64,000 nt of DNA from Candidatus Latescibacterota bacterium (GCA_965248755.1 OZ252149.1:2400001-2464000); one strand, 5' to 3'; counted from the stretch's first letter, positions 31,525-41,820 are shown. The notes: generated by a model not told the origin, from the letters alone. A program made the numbers and translations.

Positions 31525-32526
31525 ATGGAATTATTGAGCTTTCTCAAGGATGTATCAGATCCCATAAAGCGGCGCAAGAAGTTGCTAATAGTGGTCCCTT
31601 TAGCGTTTGCAGTCTTATTCCCTTTTGTGCCGGGATTTGAGGGATACATAACGCACATAGGGGTGCTGGTTTTGCTCAACATACTTCTGGCTTTGGGGTT
31701 GAACGTCGTTCCGGGCTTTACGGGGTTTTTGGATCTCGGATACGTAGGGTTTTACGGGATAGGGGCCTACACTTGTGGGCTGTTGACACTCAACTATGAT
31801 CTGATCTTTTGGGTAGTCCTTCCCATCGCTGCTGCAAACGGAGCACTGTGGGGTGTCTTCAGAGGAGCGCCGACTTTAAGGCTCAGCGGAGACTATTTTG
31901 CGATTGTGACCTTCGGGTTTTCAGAGCTTGTGGTGCTTACTATTATAAATGAGACTTGGCTTACAAGGGGACCTATGGGACTTCCGGGGATAGCTCCCCC
32001 TTCCCTATTCGGACGGGAGTTTAGTGAGGAGATGAGTTTCTACTACCTTGCACTGACTTTGGTAATCCTGACGGTGATTGTAATGTCACGGCTTCAAAAC
32101 TCCCGCGTGGGGAGGGCCTGGTCTGCTATACGAGAGGACGAGATTGCGGCGCAAAGCTGCGGGGTAAATGTGATGAGATATAAGGTGGCGGCTTTTGCGG
32201 TCAGCGCTGCGTTTGCAGCGGTAGGTGGAGCTTTCTTTGCAAGATGGATTACGTTTATAAGTCCCAATATGTTCAAGTTCTGGGAATCGGTTATGATTCT
32301 ATGTATGGTAGTATTAGGAGGGATGGGTAGTGTCCCGGGTACCGTGATAGGGACTATCATATTAGGATCTTTAAGTGAGATCTTAAGAGGTATCCTACCT
32401 GAATCAGGCATCCTTGAAAGGGCGCGGTTTTTATTTTTCGGACTTATTATGGTATTGTTAATGCGCTTCCGTCCCGAAGGATTATGTCCCGTGCGAGGGC
32501 ATTTTTCGCCGGATCAGAAGTTGTAG
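31525..32526 (+). CDS. LivM-like ABC permease
   Basis: LRLSGDYFAIVTFGF, GRAWSAIREDEIAA, VVLGGMG, RPEGL. Confidence 0.88.
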   Translation: MELLSFLKDVSDPIKRRKKLLIVVPLAFAVLFPFVPGFEGYITHIGVLVLLNILLALGLNVVPGFTGFLDLGYVGFYGIGAYTCGLLTLNYDLIFWVVLPIAAANGALWGVFRGAPTLRLSGDYFAIVTFGFSELVVLTIINETWLTRGPMGLPGIAPPSLFGREFSEEMSFYYLALTLVILTVIVMSRLQNSRVGRAWSAIREDEIAAQSCGVNVMRYKVAAFAVSAAFAAVGGAFFARWITFISPNMFKFWESVMILCMVVLGGMGSVPGTVIGTIILGSLSEILRGILPESGILERARFLFFGLIMVLLMRFRPEGLCPVRGHFSPDQKL

Positions 32527-34331
32527 TAAAGGTGTCTGTTGTCTATAATCTCGGCATTTCCCCTGTGATGGGCGTACCAACTGTTGAACACCTGGATACT
32601 TTTCTCCTGAAGTAGACGCTCCTTGAGTGAATCTTTCTCCTTTTGGAACTCCTCCTCATCAATAGGCTCTTTCATAACCAACTGCATTAAATAGGCACCT
32701 CTGTCGGACGACACTACGGGACTTACTTGTCCCTCCTGAAGTTTAAAAGCCGCGGCTATAAATTCGTTCCTTCCTCCTATATCCGGGATAAAATCTGTGG
32801 GGGCAAACTCATCTGTTTCTTTAACCGGAAGAGATGCAGATTCGGCTGCATCTTCCATTGAGGCGCCTTGGGATATAGCCGAAGCGATGGGCTGGAGCTT
32901 TTCTTCCGCCAAGTCTCTCTTCTTGTCTCTTGTTAGATCCCATCTAATCTTCTCTCTCGCTTGACTTAAAGGACTTATACCTTCCTTTTTTCTGTCTGAG
33001 ACTGAAATGATAAAGAAACCTCTGTCGTCCTCGTAGAGTCTTAGGATCTCTCCTATATCCGCTGCGAACGCCTGGTTTACGAGAGACTGGGAGATTCCGA
33101 TTCCGGGGATAAAGGGTCCCTTTTTGAAGAATCCTGTATCTTTGATTTCCAAACCTTCGGCTTTTGCGGCCGCATCGAAGCCGATTTGCTGATCTTTTTC
33201 GATTAACATGTCAGCTTTGTCGGCGAGTTCTTCTATAGTGCTTCTGCTGGCCTCCACCTTTAGGAGTATATGCCGGGCTCTGACTTTCTCCTGGCCATTT
33301 TCCATCTTTTTCTCTTCGAGCTTGATGATATGCCATCCGCGGAAGCTCTTGACAGGCTCGGAGATCTCACCTTCATCGAGGGCGAAAGCGGCATCCACAA
33401 AAGTTTTGTCCATCCATCCTCTGGCGAAAAAGCCCAGATCCCCTCCCTTTTGTGCCGATCCTGGGTCTTCCGAGTTTTCCTCAGCTAACTCTGCAAAATC
33501 GGCTCCTGATTTTGCGTCGTTAAAAAGATCCCTTATGCGCTTTTCCGTACTAAGCGAATCCGAGTGACTCGGTTTCTTGTCGAACGCGACGTATTGGCAT
33601 TGTGTCTGGGCCTCTTCTTTAAACTCATCCTGATTTTCCTGGTAGTATGTTTTAACCTCTTCCTCAGAAACAGATACCAGGGAATCGGGAAACGAGCCTA
33701 TCGCCGCGAAGACATATTTGACTTTTACCTTTTCGTTGTCGTCTATGTAGGCTTTCCTGACCTCAGGGTCGGTGACTTTGACAGCCCCCCCCACTCTGTT
33801 TCGGAGCTTCTGGATCAAAAGTCTGTCCCTCACCATGGCCTCGACGCCGAGTATAAACTGTCTGTTGGCCTCGTAGTTCGCAGGAATATTCAGCCAATCG
33901 GAGTATTTTGCAGGATCGAACTCTCCCTCCGTCTGGAAGACCTCCAGGTCCTGGACGATCTGAGGCGGTAATATGCGGTTGTAGTAAGCAAGTTCGCTAT
34001 CTGAGACTTTGATGTTCCTCTTTTTAATCTGCTGGGAGATTATAACCTGTCCTACCAGCGCATCCCAGGCCTGGTTGATGAGTCTTTTCCTATCGGGCTC
34101 CGCGTTCTCGGATCGTGCTTTCTCATGGTTGTAGAGCTCTCCGAGGACGGAGTTGAATTTCTCATAAGTTATCTTGTAGTCATTAACTCTTCCGAACTGG
34201 GGTCCGAACTTTTGGCTGAGCCAGTCTTCTATGTTGGCAGCCCAGCCAAAGACCATAAGGGTTACAAAGCCCACTACCGTGATCCAAATTGTGACCTTGA
34301 TAAACCCCTTTTGGCGCATAGTGTTTAACAT
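32514..34331 (-). CDS. PpiD/SurA-family parvulin peptidyl-prolyl isomerase
   Basis: N-terminal TM and SurA-N region; FAELAEENSEDPGSAQKGGDLG, GWHIIK, ARHILL. Confidence 0.9.
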   Translation of the reverse strand: MLNTMRQKGFIKVTIWITVVGFVTLMVFGWAANIEDWLSQKFGPQFGRVNDYKITYEKFNSVLGELYNHEKARSENAEPDRKRLINQAWDALVGQVIISQQIKKRNIKVSDSELAYYNRILPPQIVQDLEVFQTEGEFDPAKYSDWLNIPANYEANRQFILGVEAMVRDRLLIQKLRNRVGGAVKVTDPEVRKAYIDDNEKVKVKYVFAAIGSFPDSLVSVSEEEVKTYYQENQDEFKEEAQTQCQYVAFDKKPSHSDSLSTEKRIRDLFNDAKSGADFAELAEENSEDPGSAQKGGDLGFFARGWMDKTFVDAAFALDEGEISEPVKSFRGWHIIKLEEKKMENGQEKVRARHILLKVEASRSTIEELADKADMLIEKDQQIGFDAAAKAEGLEIKDTGFFKKGPFIPGIGISQSLVNQAFAADIGEILRLYEDDRGFFIISVSDRKKEGISPLSQAREKIRWDLTRDKKRDLAEEKLQPIASAISQGASMEDAAESASLPVKETDEFAPTDFIPDIGGRNEFIAAAFKLQEGQVSPVVSSDRGAYLMQLVMKEPIDEEEFQKEKDSLKERLLQEKSIQVFNSWYAHHRGNAEIIDNRHLYYNF

Positions 34332-34444
34332 CTTTGATTTGTCCTCCTTAAATAAAGGTATTCTTTAGCAAACTGGATCGCAATGTCATAGATATAAATA
34401 ATGTTAAGACATTTAACCAAATAAATCAATACCTTTTTCTATGT

Positions 34445-34657
34445 TCAACGTTTTCTCGACTCTTTAGCAAGCGATATACCGCAGTTACGATCGGCTGCAA
34501 AGCAGCTTCGAAACCTGATCATAGCGGATGCGACCGACTGCCGGGCGCTGTCTCGACGGGTTCCCATTCTCTCGGCTATCTCTTTGTACGTAAGACCCTG
34601 GACTCGTAGTTCCAGTGCCTCTAACTGGCGTTTTGTAATCTTTCTCAACAGCACTAT
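34445..34657 (-). pseudogene. C-terminal HTH (sigma region 4 / LuxR-like) fragment truncated by an IS
   Basis: TKRQLEALELRVQGLTYKEIAERMG; 5' part replaced by the IS end. Confidence 0.6.
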
Positions 34658-34704
34658 TGTACCGCTCCCCTTGACAGAGCGACAAATATTTCGCAAATTG
34701 GGGT

Positions 34705-35034
34705 TTGAGAAGGGAGGTCAAGGTGTCGAGCCCCGAAGTGAAAGATGGTAAGCGCTGGACGGCGACCCGTAAGGGAGAGATTGTGTTGGCTCTTTTGAGA
34801 GGAGCAGATCTATCTGAGGTGTGTCGTAAGAATGGAATTAGCCAGTCGCAGGCGTATGCTTGGCGTGATAGTTTCTTAGAAGGGGGCCAGGAGAGTCTGA
34901 AGTCTCGGCGTGGTCGCAAGGATCCGAAGGAGCGAGAGGTTAGCCGGTTGGAGCGCAAGGTAGGGCAGTTGACGCTCCAGTTGGAGATACTCGAAGAGGT
35001 AGCCCGTCTAAAAAAAACGAAGCGGTTGCCTTGA
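34705..35034 (+). CDS. IS3-family transposase OrfA (HTH)
   Basis: RWTATRKGEIV, EVCRKNGISQSQAYAWR, coiled-coil tail. Confidence 0.88.
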   Translation: MRREVKVSSPEVKDGKRWTATRKGEIVLALLRGADLSEVCRKNGISQSQAYAWRDSFLEGGQESLKSRRGRKDPKEREVSRLERKVGQLTLQLEILEEVARLKKTKRLP

Positions 35035-35894
35035 GTGGGCGGTTTTTGGGTCGAGGCTATTCCCGCAAGGTGGTAGCTTTGGCTTTGGGTTTGCATCGTT
35101 CGACTCTGTATAGGTTTAGGGATAGAGGTGTCAGTTCTTCTGTTAAAGAGCCTGTGATAGATGAGGAGCTTGCTTTTCGTATTCGAGGGATACTGGACCA
35201 AGAAGAGGCATTTGGTCACAGGCGGGTTTGGGCGCATCTTCGTTTCAAGGAAGGGGAATGTGTCAACGTTAAGAAGGTTCATAGGATAATGAAGCTTAAG
35301 GGGTGGCAGTGTAAGCTGTGGAATCGTCCCGGGAGAAAGGGGCCACAGGTTGCCCAGAAGCGTTCTGTGGTGGATAGTCCCGACAGTTTGTGGTCGAGTG
35401 ACTTGACAAAGATTTACTGTGGAAAAGATGGTTGGTGTCCTCTTATTGCGGTGGTGGACAACGGAAGCCGGGAGGTTCCTGGGTATCGTTTTAGTCGAAA
35501 AGGGAGGGCACTGGAGGCCACAGATGCCCTGGATCGGGCCGTGATCTCTCGATACACTTCCAAGGAGGCTGTCCCCCAGGGTCTCACTTTGCGCTCTGAC
35601 AATGGTTCCATCTTTTTGGCTCGGGCCTATTTGGCCAGTACCGAATATTGGGGAATTCGTCAGGAATACATACCAAGTGGTAAACCCGATTGGAACGGTG
35701 TTGTAGAGCGTTTTTTCAGGACCCTCAAGCAAGAGTGTGTTTGGCTTCACAAGTTTGAATCCTTTGAACAGGCTGAGAAGATCATATCTCAGTGGATCGA
35801 TAATTACAACAAGAACAGGCTTCATTCATCCCTGGGATATAAGACCCCAAAAGAGTGGAGAAAACAATTTTATCTACTACCCCAGGTTGCTTAA
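35031..35894 (+). CDS. IS3-family transposase OrfB (DDE core)
   Basis: GHRRVWA, WSSDLT, RSDNGS, NGVVERFFRTLKQE, RLHSSLGYKTP. Confidence 0.92.
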   Translation: MSGRFLGRGYSRKVVALALGLHRSTLYRFRDRGVSSSVKEPVIDEELAFRIRGILDQEEAFGHRRVWAHLRFKEGECVNVKKVHRIMKLKGWQCKLWNRPGRKGPQVAQKRSVVDSPDSLWSSDLTKIYCGKDGWCPLIAVVDNGSREVPGYRFSRKGRALEATDALDRAVISRYTSKEAVPQGLTLRSDNGSIFLARAYLASTEYWGIRQEYIPSGKPDWNGVVERFFRTLKQECVWLHKFESFEQAEKIISQWIDNYNKNRLHSSLGYKTPKEWRKQFYLLPQVA

Positions 35895-36732
35895 TTGGTG
35901 TCGCTTTCCTGGGAAGCAGTACAAAGGTAACATGTTGCCGTATGGGTTTCGCCTTTGACACCATGAATAGTTGAAACTTCTATGTCGATATCAGTTGTTC
36001 CAGAAGAATATTTGTAGATGTTATTGCTCGAATGGGTTTCTTCATCATCCGCTTCCAAATCTGATGAATTTATAAAGATTGTAAGTTCAACATTCACCTG
36101 ATAATTAAAAAACTCCTTAAATTCATTGGTTAGATAATGTTTTATTTCTTCAAAAACTTCTTCTTGCCTGTGTATCTTCAAACACCAATTGGCGAGCCTT
36201 ACCCTAAAATCCTGGTAAAAATCCGAGTTTTTTTCTGATATATATTTATGCAGTTTTTTCTCTGTGAATGCCCTTCCATCGTCAGTTACTCCTGCAATTC
36301 TTAAGCACTTTAAGAAAGCTTCCCCTAACCTCTTCTTGTAAAAATTAACTCCATTAGATGAAATAAAACTATCAGATTGTGGAGCTAAATAACTTTTTAG
36401 ATTACTAAATTCAGTTTTTTTAACTTTTATTTCTTTGGAGTAGCCGTCCCAATAACTTGGTATAGTTCTTTTTGTGTCATGCGGTTTTCCACGCCATCCA
36501 ACTGCTTTAAATACCCTTTTCTCATTCTGATGTAGATTATTTCTGATAATTATTTCACCGAATTTATCTAATACCTGCTGAATAGTATAATCATCATAAA
36601 CAATGATAACAGGAGTAATTTCATTTTGCCTGCCATTTCCCGTTATTGTCTGCCGGAAAACACAAAGTTTTTCAACCTTGCTTGCTATAGCGTTAGAAAA
36701 TCTTGTACTGCCCCCCAGAAAAGCGACATCAA

Positions 36733-37618
36733 TTAAGCAACTTGGGGTAGCAGATAAAATTGTTTTCTCCACTCTTCCGGGGTCTTGTATCCCAGAGATG
36801 AATGAAGCCAGTTCTTGTTGTAATTATCGATCCACTGAGATATGATCTTCTCAGCTTGTTCAAAGGACTTGAAATTGTGAAGCCACACACACTCCTGCTT
36901 GAGGGTCCTGAAAAAACGTTCTATGACCCCGTTCCAATCGGCCTTTCCGCTCGGAATATATTCTTGACGAATGTCCCAATATTCGGTACTTGCCAAATAG
37001 GTCCGAGACAAAAAGATGGAGCCGTTGTCAGAGCGCAAAGTGAGACCCTGGGGGACAGCCTCCTTAGGAAGTGTATCGAGAGATCACGGCCCGATCCAGG
37101 GCATCTGTGGCCTCCAGTGCCCTCCCTTTTCGACTAAAACGATACCCGGGGAACCTCCCGACTCCCGTTGTCCACCACCGCAATAAGAGGACACCAACCA
37201 TCTTCCCCACAATAGATCTTGGTCAAGTCAGCCGACCAGAGACTGTCAGGACGATCCATCACAGAACGCTTCTGGGCAACCTGTGGCCCCTTTCTCCCGG
37301 GGTCCCCGATTGATTCTATCGGGGATTCCACAGCTTACACTGCCACCCCTTAAGCTTCATTATCCTATGAACCTTCTTGATGTTGACATATGCCCCTTCC
37401 TTGAAACGAAGATGCGCCCAAACCCGCCTGTGACCAAATGCCTCTTCTTGGTCGAGTATCCCTCGAATACGAAAAGCAAGCTGTTCATCTATCACAGACT
37501 CTTCGACAGAAGAACTGACACCTCTATACCTAAGCCTACACAGAGTCGAACGATGCAAACCCAAAGCCAAAGCTACCACCTTCCGGGAATAGCCTCGACC
37601 CAAAAACCGCTCACTCAA
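36733..37618 (-). pseudogene. IS3-family OrfB (copy 2), frameshifted
   Basis: Fragments 37316-37618, 37134-37331 and 36733-37038; net 20-bp palindromic insertion at ~37303. Confidence 0.85.
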
Positions 37619-37944
37619 GGCAACCGCTTCGTTTTTTTTAGACGGGCTACCTCCTCGAGTATCTCCAACTGGAGGGTTAAGTGCCCTACCTTACGCTCCA
37701 ACCGGCTGACCTCCCGCTCCTTCGCATCCTTGCGACCACGCCGAGACTTCAGACTCTCCTGGCCTCCTTCCAAGAAACTATCACGCCAAGCATACGCCTG
37801 TGACTGGCTAATTCCATTCTTCCAACACACCTCTGATACATTCGCTCCTTTCAAAACAGCCAACACCACCTCTACCTTACGGGTCGCCGTCCAGCGCTTA
37901 CCATCTTTCACTTCGGGGCTTGACACCTTGACCTCCTTTCTCAA
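37615..37944 (-). CDS. IS3-family OrfA (copy 2)
   Basis: Near-identical to OrfA of copy 1. Confidence 0.85.
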   Translation of the reverse strand: MRKEVKVSSPEVKDGKRWTATRKVEVVLAVLKGANVSEVCWKNGISQSQAYAWRDSFLEGGQESLKSRRGRKDAKEREVSRLERKVGHLTLQLEILEEVARLKKTKRLP

Positions 37945-38902
37945 ACCCCAATTTGCAAAATATTTGTCGCCCTGTCAAGGGGAGCGGTATGATCTTTTAC
38001 TACCTGTAATACACATAGTTCTGTCGTCAATTACTGCCCAACCGCATTCCAAGTTAGGGTCATAGTCAAATATTGATTGATTTAAATCACCTATTTTTTG
38101 AATAACAACATTATCATTGAATATTTTATTCATCAGTTCGGACTGTATTGTACTTGAATCCTGCATTTCATCTATGAAAACATAGGCAAATCTTTTTGCA
38201 AATACGTTTTTCAAATTAGGGTGCTTTTCAATGTGTCTTTCTGCTATATAATATGCATCATCATAGCTTAGTATTCCATCCAAAAGTATCCGTTCTTTTA
38301 GTCTTAGCAATCTATCATAGTGTGCTCTTTGAGTTGTATCATTTGAATCTAATTTAAGTCTTTTACATATACCATTATCATCCAGGGAAAAATCTTCAAA
38401 TCTAAGTGAATAAGGCAAATCTTTATGACCGCTCTGATAGCAAAATGCATTTGTTTTTCTACCTAAATATTTTCTCGTTCTTTCCATCCTATCAAGATAA
38501 ATTTCGTTGTTTATGAATAATGGTCTTCGGTTGAACTGATTGATATACGTCGGTATCGCAAGATATTTATCCACGAAACTTTGAATTGTCCCAAAATGAT
38601 TTGGGTAATTAGAGAGCTTTTTAGAAGCAAAGTAAGCGTGGCTTTTTATTTCATTTATAGCCACATTTGTGTGAGTTAATACGCAAATACCCCTATTATT
38701 TTCAAGAGGCATTTGCCGGGACAAAATCAACAACTTGGCAATCAAAGCCTTTGTTTTACCACTACCCGGGCAGGCAAGAATATCTTTGGTTTCAAAACAT
38801 TTTATTACTACCTTTTGTTCTTTATCGAAGTGCTCACCGGGCGGTAAAAGAATTCTTTCTGCCCAAGAAATATTGTACTGCTTCCCAGGAAAGCGACACC
38901 AA

Positions 38903-39766
38903 TTAAGCAACCTGGGGTAGTAGATAAAATTGTTTTCTCCACTCTTTTGGGGTCTTATATCCCAGGGATGAATGAAGCCTGTTCTTGTTGTAATTATCGA
39001 TCCACTGAGATATGATCTTCTCAGCCTGTTCAAAGGATTCAAACTTGTGAAGCCAAACACACTCTTGCTTGAGGGTCCTGAAAAAACGCTCTACAACACC
39101 GTTCCAATCGGGTTTACCACTTGGTATGTATTCCTGACGAATTCCCCAATATTCGGTACTGGCCAAATAGGCCCGAGCCAAAAAGATGGAACCATTGTCA
39201 GAGCGCAAAGTGAGACCCTGGGGGACAGCCTCCTTGGAAGTGTATCGAGAGATCACGGCCCGATCCAGGGCATCTGTGGCCTCCAGTGCCCTCCCTTTTC
39301 GACTAAAACGATACCCAGGAACCTCCCGGCTTCCGTTGTCCACCACCGCAATAAGAGGACACCAACCATCTTTTCCACAGTAAATCTTTGTCAAGTCACT
39401 CGACCACAAACTGTCGGGACTATCCACCACAGAACGCTTCTGGGCAACCTGTGGCCCCTTTCTCCCGGGACGATTCCACAGCTTACACTGCCACCCCTTA
39501 AGCTTCATTATCCTATGAACCTTCTTAACGTTGACACATTCCCCTTCCTTGAAACGAAGATGCGCCCAAACCCGCCTGTGACCAAATGCCTCTTCTTGGT
39601 CCAGTATCCCTCGAATACGAAAAGCAAGCTCCTCATCTATCACAGGCTCTTTAACAGAAGAACTGACACCTCTATCCCTAAACCTATACAGAGTCGAACG
39701 ATGCAAACCCAAAGCCAAAGCTACCACCTTGCGGGAATAGCCTCGACCCAAAAACCGCCCACTCAA
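38903..39766 (-). CDS. IS3-family OrfB (copy 3)
   Basis: Identical protein to 35031-35894. Confidence 0.92.
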   Translation of the reverse strand: MSGRFLGRGYSRKVVALALGLHRSTLYRFRDRGVSSSVKEPVIDEELAFRIRGILDQEEAFGHRRVWAHLRFKEGECVNVKKVHRIMKLKGWQCKLWNRPGRKGPQVAQKRSVVDSPDSLWSSDLTKIYCGKDGWCPLIAVVDNGSREVPGYRFSRKGRALEATDALDRAVISRYTSKEAVPQGLTLRSDNGSIFLARAYLASTEYWGIRQEYIPSGKPDWNGVVERFFRTLKQECVWLHKFESFEQAEKIISQWIDNYNKNRLHSSLGYKTPKEWRKQFYLLPQVA

Positions 39767-40092
39767 GGCAACCGCTTCGTTTTTTTTAGACGGGCTACCT
39801 CTTCGAGTATCTCCAACTGGAGCGTCAACTGCCCTACCTTGCGCTCCAACCGGCTAACCTCTCGCTCCTTCGGATCCTTGCGACCACGCCGAGACTTCAG
39901 ACTCTCCTGGCCCCCTTCTAAGAAACTATCACGCCAAGCATACGCCTGCGACTGGCTAATTCCATTCTTACGACACACCTCAGATAGATCTGCTCCTCTC
40001 AAAAGAGCCAACACAATCTCTCCCTTACGGGTCGCCGTCCAGCGCTTACCATCTTTCACTTCGGGGCTCGACACCTTGACCTCCCTTCTCAA
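39763..40092 (-). CDS. IS3-family OrfA (copy 3)
   Basis: Identical protein to 34705-35034. Confidence 0.88.
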   Translation of the reverse strand: MRREVKVSSPEVKDGKRWTATRKGEIVLALLRGADLSEVCRKNGISQSQAYAWRDSFLEGGQESLKSRRGRKDPKEREVSRLERKVGQLTLQLEILEEVARLKKTKRLP

Positions 40093-41290
40093 ACCCCAAT
40101 TTGCGAAATATTTGTCGCTCTGTCAAGGGGAGCGGTATGTTAGTTGCTTGTACGATGTCATCCATTATGCCCTTTTTGGCGGAAAGCTCCTTGATCCTCT
40201 CTAACACAATTCCTTCGATTTCACCTGCTGGCACCTTAAACTTACATTCCTTGTTCTTGCAGATGTAGTAATAATACCTCATACCTTTGGATCCAGTGCC
40301 CGAACGTCCCTCCATCTCCGTGGCACACTTCCCACACCAAAGAAGTCCGCTGTTTAGAGTGTAGTTATGTTTGATATGTTTCACTCCATTATGTTTTGAG
40401 ACATTGTTTTTCTTCAAGAGATCCTCAACTCTATAAAACTTTTCCTCATCTACAATCGGACCCCATACTGCGTCTACAATCCGGTACTGATCAATTTCCG
40501 GGAGCTTTTCCTGGTTCTTCGTTTCTTTGCTTTTGTTGATCTCCTTCTTTCCGAGATAGGCATGGTTGGTCAGGATATGGTGGACAGAGGAGTAGCATAG
40601 CTCTCTTGCAGGATGAAGCGTTCCTCTGCGTGCGGTGTATTCCTTTGTTCTGAAGCCATGCCGGTTAATTATCTTTGCCGTTTCGAGGATTGAACCACAT
40701 TGCAGGTAGGTATCAAAGGCAAAGTTGACCATAGCCTTTTCTTTCTTGTTGGGTATAATGTAACCCTTCCTGTCGGGGTCTAAATCGTATCCTATGAGTT
40801 GCCCGCCATTCCAGAGTCCCCTTTCTGCCCTTGCCATCGTTGCATCTTTGTTTCTCTCAGAGTTCTGCTCTCTTTCAAACTCCGCCAAAGCCATCATGAT
40901 AGTTATAAAAAGTTTTCCCTGTGAGGAAGTAGTATCATAGTTTTGCTTGAGACACACAAACTCTACATTGTGTTCGTTAAGGATTTCAAAGAAGTTTAGG
41001 AAGTCCTTGACAGATCGACTGATTCTGTCTAAGGCAGTGCAGATAACTGTATTGATCTTACCCATCCTGATGTCCTCAAAAAGCCTTGCAAATTCCTTGC
41101 TCCTGAAGGAATCCTTGCCGGAAACTCCCTCGAGAATATATCTTTCAACTTCAACCCACTCCTCCCCACAAGCCACATTTTTATATTCCACATGAGCCCG
41201 CAATCTTTGAAGCTGGTTCTTGAGGGAGCCTTCCTTATTTCTTGCCTGCCTATCTGTGCTTACACGGACAACAAAGCCGCACTTCTTCAT
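40046..41290 (-). CDS. Large serine recombinase, C-terminally truncated by the IS at 40139
   Basis: VRVSTDRQ, LDRISRS, ALAEFERE, recombinase domain, Zn ribbon CGKC...YYYIC...C; last ~30 aa come from IS sequence. Confidence 0.92.
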   Translation of the reverse strand: MKKCGFVVRVSTDRQARNKEGSLKNQLQRLRAHVEYKNVACGEEWVEVERYILEGVSGKDSFRSKEFARLFEDIRMGKINTVICTALDRISRSVKDFLNFFEILNEHNVEFVCLKQNYDTTSSQGKLFITIMMALAEFEREQNSERNKDATMARAERGLWNGGQLIGYDLDPDRKGYIIPNKKEKAMVNFAFDTYLQCGSILETAKIINRHGFRTKEYTARRGTLHPARELCYSSVHHILTNHAYLGKKEINKSKETKNQEKLPEIDQYRIVDAVWGPIVDEEKFYRVEDLLKKNNVSKHNGVKHIKHNYTLNSGLLWCGKCATEMEGRSGTGSKGMRYYYYICKNKECKFKVPAGEIEGIVLERIKELSAKKGIMDDIVQATNIPLPLTERQIFRKLGFEKGGQGVEPRSERW

Positions 41291-41454
41291 TTCTTGTCCC
41301 TTCCCTTTTTCATGGAAATCCGCATATCCTTCTCAATGAAGTCTCTTATCAAAGAGGCCATTGAGGCCTTCCCACCCTTTTTCCTTATCTCCAGCACCTT
41401 CTCCTGAAGATAAAAATACTGTTCATCCGTAAGCTTAATCGTTGTCATTCTCAT
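41287..41454 (-). CDS. Small ribbon-helix-helix-like protein (55 aa, below the ORF-track cutoff)
   Basis: MRMTTIKLTDEQY...SMASLIRDFIEK; GGGGAG RBS; ATGA overlap with the recombinase start. Confidence 0.65.
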   Translation of the reverse strand: MRMTTIKLTDEQYFYLQEKVLEIRKKGGKASMASLIRDFIEKDMRISMKKGRDKK

Positions 41455-41548
41455 TGGCTCTCCCCCAACAGTGACAGTTTTATCATGTATCTATAATTAT
41501 ATCTATATATAAATATACAGATATGTTCTGTGGAAGTCAAGGTTTTTT

Positions 41549-41767
41549 TCAAAATTCTTCTCGTTCAATTTCTTCTACATGAGTATCCACCTCTGTGGTC
41601 TTCTCCAGGAGCCTTTTTATACTCTCCGTCCGCTCTGAATCTTCCTTTAAGAGACCGTTCTTTTTGAGATAGGCATAGACCCCCTCCGAGAGGATTTCGG
41701 TAATCCTCTTTAGCCTCTCTTTTTCCTCTGTTGCTTGTGTATATGAGATTTCAATCTTTTTGAACAC
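41549..41767 (-). CDS. Small hypothetical protein (GTG start after AGGAGG)
   Basis: Strong RBS; downstream of the leftward promoter-like motif. Confidence 0.65.
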   Translation of the reverse strand: MFKKIEISYTQATEEKERLKRITEILSEGVYAYLKKNGLLKEDSERTESIKRLLEKTTEVDTHVEEIEREEF

Positions 41768-41787
41768 GGCAGGTTTTCCTCCTACCG

Positions 41788-41820
41788 CGTACATACGGAA
41801 TAATCTGCCAATCTGTCGGA
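41788..41820 (-). promoter_or_regulatory. Putative element-sigma promoter (leftward)
   Basis: TCCGACA-N11-TATTCCGTATGTACG; matches 42608-42640. Confidence 0.65.

Larger units (their letters stand above)
34658..35923 (+). mobile_element. IS3-family insertion sequence, copy 1 (1266 bp)
   Basis: Imperfect terminal IRs TGTACCGCTCCCC / TGTACTGCTTCCC; orfA and orfB; A-run slippery site before the orfA stop. Confidence 0.92.
36704..37991 (-). mobile_element. IS3-family insertion sequence, diverged and frameshifted copy 2
   Basis: Homologous to copy 1; 4-bp target duplication ATCT (36700-36703 and 37992-37995); orfB in three pieces. Confidence 0.9.
35924..38873 (-). pseudogene. UvrD/Rep-family SF1 helicase (GajB-like), split by IS copy 2 and clipped at both ends by IS copies 1 and 3
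   Basis: ACPGSGKT, LTHTNVA, IDEMQD, IGDLNQSIF; ITGSKR|FSN rejoins across the IS; STIHGVKGETH; AT-rich. Confidence 0.88.
38874..40139 (-). mobile_element. IS3-family insertion sequence, copy 3 (inverted relative to copy 1)
   Basis: OrfA and OrfB proteins identical to copy 1; no target duplication visible. Confidence 0.92.

Noticed and set aside
34485..35825. Long antisense ORFs (446, 260 and 410 aa) over the IS copies
   Set aside because: Shadow frames of the transposase with no recognisable motifs
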